Below the pieces are notes generated by a model, which worked only from the letters and a program-made list of their open reading frames with translations, made no database searches and was not told the DNA's origin. This document shows, piece by piece, positions 26,801 to 33,539 of a stretch of DNA of 35,194 nucleotides. Positions within the stretch are counted from its first letter, which is position 1, and every line of letters starts with the position of its first letter. The DNA is from Muribaculaceae bacterium (lineage in GTDB: Bacteria > Bacteroidota > Bacteroidia > Bacteroidales > Muribaculaceae): contig JAFZPB010000175.1 of the NCBI GenBank assembly GCA_017552595.1, positions 1 through 35,194 of the forward strand, read 5' to 3'. Both the position numbers and the translations under genes were made by a program.

Positions 26801-28214
26801 CATCAGAAGTGGTGCAAGATAGCGTAATATGTTGATGTGTAGTGTACGTGCCGCCACTGATGTTTGCCGCAGGTGTGGCGCATTTGAAGGTATAAGAGCC
26901 GGCCGAAGCAACAGCACTGTTATTATATCCCGACTTGACTGCCATAGCTTTCAGTGTAGTCACATTGCCATTAAGAGTTACTGTCCCGCCGGATGAGATA
27001 TGTGCGGAAGAGGTGGTCGGGTCGCTACCATTTGTTGTGTAATATATCGTTGACCCGGAAGTGGCACTTGTGATTGTAACATTTCGTGCGTTGGTTTCGT
27101 TCGACCAACTTGCGGGAGAGATCGACGGTTTTTCACATATTGGAGTGGCCTTTAAGGTGTATTTTGCAACACACACATATCGGACGAACACAACGATTGT
27201 CATTTCATTGTCGCTTTGTTTGCGGAAATTAATCCACATACTCGTGTCTGATGATGTGCCAGTTCTGGACGATGGTGTGTTAGAATAAATGGAGGTTCCA
27301 GGAAATCCATTTGTCACATCATAAATTCCAAAATCTGATTTGCCAAAGGTGCCGCTTGTCGAACGAACAAAGAATGTGTGGTCTCTTAGTTTGAAAATTG
27401 CCGAACCCACAAGGTTGATGTTGTTGACTCCACTTGGAGTGACATTCGAGGCCGACATCGTAGAGCCGGATATGGTGCAGTTATATACTCCGTTTGGGGA
27501 GCAGATTAGAAATTTATTAGTGTCATATTCATATCCTGTGGCACAATAACCATGAGTATATCCCGAAGGTAGGCCAGTCACAGTGTATGTGTTAACTTTG
27601 CTGAATGCGCCGTTAACACCAACAAATTCCAAAACATAATTTTTATCAGCTGGACAACTCCAGACGCTACACGAACCAGTAATGTCGCCATTGACACGAA
27701 AAGCCTGAGAACGAATATCATATGATGTTGTTGTATAAGTGCCACTATTTGTAAGAGTCCAGTTTGCTCCGGCAGAAGTGACATTCGTCGCACTGGTAAA
27801 ATATGCCTTGTAAAGCCAACGCCACGGACACCAATATTCTGTGTTGTAGTGTTTTGGGTAAACGATAACACCATTGTCATCGTCGGCAATGGCGAAATCG
27901 GAACCGGCATAACTGCCGCCAAGAAGAGTGCCTCCAGCTTGCGGGGAAAATGTGTTGATTGATCCATCGCTAATTTTTATAACCTTAAACGTTGGACAAA
28001 CTCCTGATATGTTCCCGTATTGGTTGACAGTTACTACATAATCGCAATTGTGGTTAAGTGCGGCACCGCGCTGGTAATCGCAATTGCCCGTAACATCTGC
28101 CGCAGAGTTTCTGGTCACAGAAAAACTATAGCTTTCAGCGGAAGACAATAGCGGAATAAGTAAAGCCGATGCGATTATTACGGATTTCGCAGTGGAGAGA
28201 AATTTATGTTTCAT
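23871..28214 (-). CDS. Large secreted T9SS cargo protein (1447 aa). It has a signal peptide, a Cys-rich N-terminal region, 4 chitobiase-C-like (CHB_HEX_C) modules, two tandem ~178-aa modules, and a T9SS type A C-terminal sorting domain
   Basis: The signal peptide is MKHKFLSTAKSVIIASALLIPLLSSAES. Repeated motifs are STIYYTTNGSDPT, ATIRYTTDGSAPT, TLKYNTDGGSE and ATIHYTTDGSTPT. The C-terminus VQYYDLKGVRLNEAPSTGFYIEVRLYDNGQIATSKRLAK resembles a Por secretion tail. Confidence 0.85.
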   Translation of the reverse strand: MKHKFLSTAKSVIIASALLIPLLSSAESYSFSVTRNSAADVTGNCDYQRGAALNHNCDYVVTVNQYGNISGVCPTFKVIKISDGSINTFSPQAGGTLLGGSYAGSDFAIADDDNGVIVYPKHYNTEYWCPWRWLYKAYFTSATNVTSAGANWTLTNSGTYTTTSYDIRSQAFRVNGDITGSCSVWSCPADKNYVLEFVGVNGAFSKVNTYTVTGLPSGYTHGYCATGYEYDTNKFLICSPNGVYNCTISGSTMSASNVTPSGVNNINLVGSAIFKLRDHTFFVRSTSGTFGKSDFGIYDVTNGFPGTSIYSNTPSSRTGTSSDTSMWINFRKQSDNEMTIVVFVRYVCVAKYTLKATPICEKPSISPASWSNETNARNVTITSATSGSTIYYTTNGSDPTTSSAHISSGGTVTLNGNVTTLKAMAVKSGYNNSAVASAGSYTFKCATPAANISGGTYTTHQHITLSCTTSDATIRYTTDGSAPTSSSTAYSGTINVTSTTRIRAKAFKSNYSDSNEFDQTYTIDATLAAPTFSVASGTQFTTSGTVTITAPAGSTLKYNTDGGSEYATAAGNTMTVNITVATTLKAYATQTDKTDSSVATASYTVKCATPVITPGTGTYSKEQAVNISCSTPGATIHYTTDGSTPTASSPIFSPPLTVNEGSNTNEYIPVYVWYTDAYEKHEYIIPASTMSSMGASASSAVSINSLTWYLSSPASSGMGYAKFKVFLKEVTGTTFNTFEEPEGGTVVYEGTLSAIQNTLTVNFSTPFEYHGGNLLVGVFTTVNGYWEQVFFYGTTGTEGCSGYKWSRDGLDAITTPETTAGTTNFLPKTTFTYNRSLTANDGTTTSSYIPFYGWYAEQYEKSEHIIPASQLSGMGASASDAVGINSLTWYLSSPASGSFGAARFKVFLKEVSNTTLGGSFIGPTGGTVVYEGELDATQPTLTVNFTTPFEYHGGNLLVGVYTTVTGDYKSASFYGTTGESGCSGYRYNSTNLESITTPNSSSGTNFLPKTTFTYTTDPIIVSKTTTVKAIAVMSGCVNSDLASETITITPQSQPVASSSINVAYSPIIGTSTNNPDRDLARIDATITFDRPNTSDGTTFPAYPTTFSDYYLDHYVVTVCSGSGNYAKTEGGANFNTISIDAKSGAGAANTVSLNARDLKLGQQTEVYVTAHYVYSPTSAASQSSQTTKSFSGYTYTTYSPSISAVTYCEPHQAHDIWWEQTGESHRYYFDVYRVEITLDDDPLYNPSTSIPVSYYQLEVSKDGGTTWANVVDRTINNICYGETIEAPTTYPVGQGIGAGRFKGNYRFTSNQIPGTEGDISFMYYWAVDVTSAYHPMSVTDPTQENPAAWLYRVKAEYGGSGSVTVDGTTVTPTAGNVSATGYTDYIPASDDPVITGVDSVKDDVNLKEVQYYDLKGVRLNEAPSTGFYIEVRLYDNGQIATSKRLAK

Positions 28215-28300
28215 AATTGTTCTTTTTTGATGTTACAGACAAATGAACGTGCTGAAAAGCAAATGAGTTAATGAGTTAGGGAAAATAACCAAATATCGTA

Positions 28301-28308
28301 CAAAGGTA
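28301..28308 (-). promoter_or_regulatory. Candidate -7 box TACCTTTG for the cargo gene
   Basis: The plus strand reads caaaggta, an exact TAnnTTTG on the minus strand, 87 nt upstream of the ATG at 28214. Confidence 0.35.
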
Positions 28309-28363
28309 ATAATAAATATTTGAAAAACAACAACAGAGGCCAAATTTTAACAACTCATCGAAG

Positions 28364-28490
28364 AAAATTATCAAAAATTATCAAAATTATTAAATCTCTA
28401 AGGAGTCTGAGGAGTAAAGGAGTTGTTCACACGGATTCCACAGATTTCACAGAGAAAAAATGCACACGAAGGCACCAAGCCACGAAGAAT
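28364..28490. repeat. Cluster of short-period degenerate tandem repeats: AAAATTATC x3, AGGAGT x3 at 8-9 nt spacing, and CAC(G/A)GA x3 at exactly 9 nt spacing, then a CAC-containing motif at 8-nt spacing (CACGAAG, CACCAAG, CACGAAG)
   Basis: Direct reading. AGGAGT sits at 28401, 28410 and 28418. CACGGATTC, CACAGATTT and CACAGAGAA sit at 28430, 28439 and 28448. CAC sits at 28465, 28473 and 28481. Confidence 0.6.
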
Positions 28491-28785
28491 CAGGGATTTA
28501 AAAACCGACGTCGCAATAATAAAGAAGAACAAAAACAATAAAAAACACCTGGAAGTGCTGTCGGCTCTACGAGCCTATTCCAAGCCATCCGCTCAAGTTC
28601 TGTTTATGCGAGCACAAAAGCCCTTGACCGGATGTCTCACAACAGCCTTTGGCTGGCAGTACTTCCAAGCAAAAACATGAAAAAGCAGTTTTATAGGTCA
28701 TTATAGCGTTTTTTTTGTGTGATTTAACGATATGCTTTACGCTTTTTTTGTATCTTATAAACCCACGACTTTTTATATGTTTTCG

Positions 28786-28910
28786 CTTTTACTGATTTCA
28801 GCGCATGAAATGCAGGGCGGTTGGTGTTGGTGGTAAATCACGTAAACTTGTTCATGGGCATACGCCATCAACACCAACCAATTATCTTGAAAAGAGAAAA
28901 TCAGTAAAAG
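28786..28910. other. 125-bp nested inverted-repeat element (outer 13-bp arms, inner 15-bp arms)
   Basis: The outer arms, CTTTTACTGATTT (28786-28798) and AAATCAGTAAAAG (28898-28910), pair perfectly. The inner arms, GGTTGGTGTTGGTGG (28819-28833) and CCATCAACACCAACC (28865-28879), match at 14/15. TGTTTT is found on both flanks. Confidence 0.6.
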
Positions 28911-29072
28911 TGTTTTAATTGTTTTTGTGAAAATGAAAACAAGGGGACTTAAAGGTGAGCCTAAAATATTTTGGAGTTATAATTTAAGATATATAATTTA
29001 GTTCTTTCAACTATAAACTATCCTCATTAAACTTTAATGCGCAATGGATAAAGTTCTGCCTCTCGGTTGAGC

Positions 29073-30431
29073 TTACATGTCCTCCATGGATAAGCAACCC
29101 TTTGCGACTTCTTTGCCACGAAATATGTGTCGCTTCATCTCAGCAACTTTCTCTTCAAGTCGGACAGGAGAGTACTTCTGAGGATTGCGTTTCACCTCAT
29201 ACGCCTCAACATTGCCTTCAAGCGTTTCGGCCACAATGTCAATCTCAAAGTCATCTTTATTCCCTTTAGAGTTGACGCTTTTCTGTTGCCACCAACCGCC
29301 AATCAGTCTGTATCGGCAACTCTCCATCATCTTTTGACGGAACCAGCGTTCCAGGGCTATACCTGAGAATGTGGTGTAGTCGTTGGTAATAATACTCTCC
29401 AGCGCTGGCATATTCTGCAATTCGATAAGGGCAGAGTGCCGGTGAATGTAGCGGAACCAGAAACGGAAGAAGTTGTCCTGTATTTCATAACGTACTGTTT
29501 GGCTACCTTCTTTGGCTCCAATCGGACGCTTCTTCTTTATGATACCATATTTTTCTTCCAGTATCTTCATTTGCCCGCCGAGGCTTTTCATTCCTAAAGC
29601 CCCTTCAATCTCACTTTGTGTAACGTCGCCGTGTGCTATCTGGTCAAGGATGCTGAAATATGTGCCATACTGCTTGCCGAACTCCTGGATTAGAATTTTT
29701 TTGCCTTCGTCCACAAAGTAACTATCGCCGCTTGAACAAACGTAGTGTATCATCTTCTTTATGTCGGTACATCCGTTATTCATGAGGAGTTCAATGTAAC
29801 GAGCCACACCACCTGTAATAGTCCAAAGGGCAAGGAGGTCTTCCGAAGTGTAGTCGGGTTTGTAGTCGCCAAGGATTTTCTTTATCGTCTCTGTGTTGAA
29901 AGGCCTAAGTTTGATTGTGCAGTCATCCCTGCCAAAGAGCGGCTGCTCTTCATCTTTGAAAATCTTTTCCATCATGCGAAATATAGAACCTGATACAATC
30001 AGACATACGTTTGTCAGCTTCTTGTATTCGTCCCATAGTTCCTGTATGTCACTAAAGATTCCAGCGTTTATATTATCAAACTCTTGGAACTCATCAATAA
30101 AGAGCGTGAATTTCTTTCGCTTCCCAACCTCCATTATCATCCTGAAAAGTTCACGGAACGAACTCATTCCATCGGGAACAAATTCCCCGAGTTTTTCGCG
30201 AACTTCCTGTACAAAGTTTCTTACAAGAACGGTTTCGGTTTTTCTGCCAACGAAGAAATAGAGTCCAGGAGCATCTTCCCTTGCCTCGTTTATGAGTTTA
30301 TAAACAAGGCTGGTCTTTCCCACACGCCTTCTGCCCGTGAGTACAACAAATCGGGAATAATCGTTGTATGCTTGACGTTGCAATTCCTTGAGTTCGGTCA
30401 TTTCGCGAACTCTATCATAAAACATCTTCAT
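29073..30431 (-). CDS. ATPase of the archaeal-ATPase (PF01637-like) type with a C-terminal DUF234 / PD-(D/E)xK-like domain
   Basis: 452 aa. Walker A is GRRRVGKTS and Walker B is FTLFIDEFQ. It has a winged-helix-like middle region. The C-terminus is DFEIDIVAETLEGNVEAYEVKRN, a D...E-x-K pattern. The family call is from memory. Confidence 0.85.
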   Translation of the reverse strand: MKMFYDRVREMTELKELQRQAYNDYSRFVVLTGRRRVGKTSLVYKLINEAREDAPGLYFFVGRKTETVLVRNFVQEVREKLGEFVPDGMSSFRELFRMIMEVGKRKKFTLFIDEFQEFDNINAGIFSDIQELWDEYKKLTNVCLIVSGSIFRMMEKIFKDEEQPLFGRDDCTIKLRPFNTETIKKILGDYKPDYTSEDLLALWTITGGVARYIELLMNNGCTDIKKMIHYVCSSGDSYFVDEGKKILIQEFGKQYGTYFSILDQIAHGDVTQSEIEGALGMKSLGGQMKILEEKYGIIKKKRPIGAKEGSQTVRYEIQDNFFRFWFRYIHRHSALIELQNMPALESIITNDYTTFSGIALERWFRQKMMESCRYRLIGGWWQQKSVNSKGNKDDFEIDIVAETLEGNVEAYEVKRNPQKYSPVRLEEKVAEMKRHIFRGKEVAKGCLSMEDM

Positions 30432-30474
30432 ATAATTTTACGGCTATAAATTTTATGATTATAATATTCTGATG

Positions 30475-30482
30475 CAAAATTA
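30475..30482 (-). promoter_or_regulatory. -7 box TAATTTTG upstream of the DUF234 ATPase
   Basis: The plus strand reads caaaatta, 44 nt upstream of the ATG at 30431. Confidence 0.45.
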
Positions 30483-30681
30483 CAAGATGTAATTGACATA
30501 TACAAGGATTTCAGTCAAAAAAAATTAAATATCTTGAGTTATAGAAATTTAACTCCACTTCTGTATAAGGTTTACAATCAATGAAAGCGTCTGAAACGCA
30601 AAAAGCATTGTAGATGCGGTGGAAATAATATTTTGAATAGATGCAAAAAAAGTTAAAAGCGGAAAAAATTGGGTGAAATAC

Positions 30682-30713
30682 TTGACAAGGGGGGTGGCGA
30701 AGTGTTATCTTTG
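30682..30713 (+). promoter_or_regulatory. Candidate ftsX promoter: TTGACA (30682-30687) and -7 TATCTTTG (30706-30713)
   Basis: Exact TAnnTTTG, 59 nt upstream of the ATG. An upstream TTG-containing element sits at 18-nt spacing. Confidence 0.45.
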
Positions 30714-30771
30714 CAGATTATTAGCAAATAGCATTATCAGGTTTTATTAATTTATTGAAACCACCATAAAT

Positions 30772-31644
30772 ATGTCGAAAATGAATCGCAAAGGCCTGTC
30801 GTCGTTCAGTATCGGTTTCACATCGACGGTCAGCGTCACGCTTCTTTTAATTCTGCTCACAATTATCGCAGTTTTGGGCGTTGTGGCCCACAAAGTTTCC
30901 ACATCTGTCCGCGGAAATGTCGGGTTCGATGTCGTTCTTGCCGATAGCATTAGCCGAGAGGAATCTACGGCTCTTTTCCGAGAGTTGTCGGCCGCACCTT
31001 ACGTTTCGTCTGCTCAATTCGTGTCGAGGGAAGAGGCCGCCAAGCAGTGGGCCGACGACACGGGCGAAGACCTTGTCGCGATGCTTGGCGTGAATCCGCT
31101 CTGCGATGAAATCGCGGTTAAAGTCAAAGCCGATTGGGCCTCCAACGACAGTATCGATGTTGTCACAGCCCCGCTTCGTTCCGATTCAAGAGTCGCTGAA
31201 ATCTCGACTCATGCCGATGTGGTCAAAGCGCTCAACGATAACATCAGAATTATATCAATTATTCTCCTTGCCGTGGCGGCGGCATTGGTGTTTATATCTT
31301 TTATGTTGATAAACAACACCATCCGACTGAATATCCACTCCCGCCGATTCTTAATCCACACGATGAAACTCGTGGGCGCAAAATCGGGATTCATACGCCG
31401 GCCGTTCATCGTCAGCAATGCGCTGAGCGGACTAATCGCTGGAATTATCGCCTGTCTCATCGTCGGTTACGGTTTTTACAATCTGACCGTTTTCGAACCG
31501 TCGTTGTCAAAGATTGTCACTCTCGAATGGCAGGGCATAATTTCCGGGGGCATCGTTTTGGTGGGCATAGTGATTTGCGCCATTTCGGCTTATTTCGCGA
31601 CATCGAAATATGTGCGTTTAGGCTATGATAAAATGTTTAAATAG
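30772..31644 (+). CDS. ftsX: Cell division protein FtsX-like permease
   Basis: 290 aa. One TM helix is followed by a periplasmic domain (FVSREEAAKQWADDTGEDL), then three C-terminal TM helices (MKLVGAKSGFIRRPF). Confidence 0.88.
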   Translation: MSKMNRKGLSSFSIGFTSTVSVTLLLILLTIIAVLGVVAHKVSTSVRGNVGFDVVLADSISREESTALFRELSAAPYVSSAQFVSREEAAKQWADDTGEDLVAMLGVNPLCDEIAVKVKADWASNDSIDVVTAPLRSDSRVAEISTHADVVKALNDNIRIISIILLAVAAALVFISFMLINNTIRLNIHSRRFLIHTMKLVGAKSGFIRRPFIVSNALSGLIAGIIACLIVGYGFYNLTVFEPSLSKIVTLEWQGIISGGIVLVGIVICAISAYFATSKYVRLGYDKMFK

Positions 31645-31667
31645 AAATTACTACACGCTTTATTGAT

Positions 31668-31943
31668 ATGAAAAAAGTTCCAGATGTCGGAAGAAAACAA
31701 ATTGTACCCGACAACAAGCCGAAACATTTCCCGCTTACGACAGCGAATTTCTTGCTGATGGCTATTTCGGCGGTTATTATAGTGATAGGATTTTTACTCA
31801 TGACAGGCGGCGGCTCGACGGTGGAAGAGTTCGACCCGTCGATTTTCAACACGCGCCGCGTCGTTATCGGTCCGACGATAGCCCTTTTGGGATTCCTGTT
31901 TATGGGCTACGCCATCATTCACAATCCAAAAAGACGTAAATAA
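31668..31943 (+). CDS. DUF3098 family small membrane protein
   Basis: 91 aa with two TM helices. It occupies the conserved position between ftsX and uppP seen in Bacteroidetes. Confidence 0.75.
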   Translation: MKKVPDVGRKQIVPDNKPKHFPLTTANFLLMAISAVIIVIGFLLMTGGGSTVEEFDPSIFNTRRVVIGPTIALLGFLFMGYAIIHNPKRRK

Positions 31944-31946
31944 AAA

Positions 31947-32774
31947 ATGGATTCAATTCAAGCGCTGATTCTCGGTATCGTCCAAGGGTTGACCGAGTAT
32001 TTGCCCGTTTCAAGCAGCGGACACCTCGAAATCTGCAGGGAGATTCTCGGCATCGACCTCCCGAGCGAAAATATTTTGTCGTTCGACGTGGCCCTTCACG
32101 CCGCTACGGTTTTATCTACTATCGTTGTGTTGTGGAAAGAGTTTTTGCCTTTGTGCAGGTCGTTCTTCACTTTCCGTCGCGACGACAATTTCTATTATGT
32201 TTGCAAAATTCTCGTTTCGTGCATTCCTGTGGCGATTGTGGGATTTTGCTTTAAGGATTTCGTCGAGTTGTTTTTCGGCGGCAGTCTGACGGTGGTGGGC
32301 ATTTGCCTGACTATCACCGCGGCATTGCTTGCCTTCTCATATTTCTTCCGCACACGCCCGTTGCGTCCGAATCCCGATTTCAAACCGCGCGAAATATCTT
32401 GGGTCGATGCATTTGTCATCGGTGTCGCGCAAGCCATCGCCGTATTGCCCGGTTTGAGCCGCTCGGGTTCGACAATCGCGACCGGTATCATCCTCGGCAA
32501 CAAAAGCGAGAAGGTGGCGTCGTTCTCATTCTTCATGGTGATTATCCCTATTCTCGGCGAGGCTCTTCTTGACCTGAAAAAGATAATATCTCCGTCGGTA
32601 GATGCTGTTGCTCAGGCATCTGTGGGCGCAATGCCCATGATTGTGGGATTCCTTGCCTCGTTCCTTGTGGGATGTTTGGCATGCAAATGGATGCTTTCCA
32701 TTGTCAAGCGCGGCAAACTTATATGGTTCGCCATTTATTGCTTGCTCGTCGGATTGCTCTGCATCATTTGGTAA
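31947..32774 (+). CDS. uppP: Undecaprenyl-diphosphate phosphatase
   Basis: 275 aa. GIVQGLTEYLPVSSSGHL and LPGLSRSGSTI are canonical BacA/UppP motifs. Confidence 0.93.
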   Translation: MDSIQALILGIVQGLTEYLPVSSSGHLEICREILGIDLPSENILSFDVALHAATVLSTIVVLWKEFLPLCRSFFTFRRDDNFYYVCKILVSCIPVAIVGFCFKDFVELFFGGSLTVVGICLTITAALLAFSYFFRTRPLRPNPDFKPREISWVDAFVIGVAQAIAVLPGLSRSGSTIATGIILGNKSEKVASFSFFMVIIPILGEALLDLKKIISPSVDAVAQASVGAMPMIVGFLASFLVGCLACKWMLSIVKRGKLIWFAIYCLLVGLLCIIW

Positions 32775-32789
32775 GACAAATTTTCAGAA

Positions 32790-33533
32790 ATGTTTAATCC
32801 TATCGAAGGAGAAATATTATATATCGACAAACCGTTCGGATGGACTTCGTTCGACGTGGTTAAGCGTGTGCGCGGCAAATTGTTGCGCCGCTTGGGTTTG
32901 AAAAAGTTCAAGGTAGGCCATGCCGGCACGCTCGACCCGTTGGCGACGGGCGTGATGATTGTGGTCACAGGCAAGGCTACGCGCTTAATCGACTCGCTTC
33001 AAGCGGGCGTGAAAGAATATGTCGCCACTATCGCTTTGGGTGCGACAACCCCGTCGTTCGACCTCGAGACAGCCATAGATGCAACATATCCGACCGACCA
33101 TATTACACGCGAAGGCGTGGAACAGGCCCTCGCTAAGTTTGTCGGCACTATCGAACAGGTGCCGCCGGCATTTTCTGCGTGCAAAGTCGACGGCCGTCGC
33201 GCTTACAAGATGGCTCGGAAAGGCAAAGATGTGGAAATCAAACCGAAAACGCTCGTTATTGACGAAATCGAACTGCTTGAATTCGCTCCCACACAAATCG
33301 TGATTCGTGTGGTTTGTAGCAAAGGCACCTATATCCGAGCCCTCGCCCGTGACATCGGGTTGGCTCTCGAATCCGGAGGGCATCTGACTGCCCTGCGCCG
33401 CACGCGTGTAGGCGACGTGACCATCGACAAATGCCACTCGGTCGATGACGTGATATCGTTCCTCGATACGGTGGAACTTCCGCCGGTCCCCGACGACTAT
33501 CCAAACAAGAAAATAAATAATGTAATACAATAA
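32790..33533 (+). CDS. truB: tRNA pseudouridine(55) synthase
   Basis: 247 aa. KVGHAGTLDPLATGV holds the catalytic Asp motif, and GTYIRALARDIG is present. Confidence 0.93.
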   Translation: MFNPIEGEILYIDKPFGWTSFDVVKRVRGKLLRRLGLKKFKVGHAGTLDPLATGVMIVVTGKATRLIDSLQAGVKEYVATIALGATTPSFDLETAIDATYPTDHITREGVEQALAKFVGTIEQVPPAFSACKVDGRRAYKMARKGKDVEIKPKTLVIDEIELLEFAPTQIVIRVVCSKGTYIRALARDIGLALESGGHLTALRRTRVGDVTIDKCHSVDDVISFLDTVELPPVPDDYPNKKINNVIQ

Positions 33534-33539
33534 CAAGTC

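Noticed and set aside
28551-28666. SRP (4.5S) RNA
   Set aside because: The terminal helix superficially resembles the GCUGUxxGG...GCUGGCAG ends of SRP RNA. However, the conserved domain IV motif with the GGAA tetraloop and AGCA loop is absent on either strand.
28320-28680. Two plus-strand ORFs (73 and 85 aa) in the 858-bp spacer
   Set aside because: They are Lys/Arg/Asn-rich translations of short tandem DNA repeats. They overlap each other out of frame and have no credible start context.
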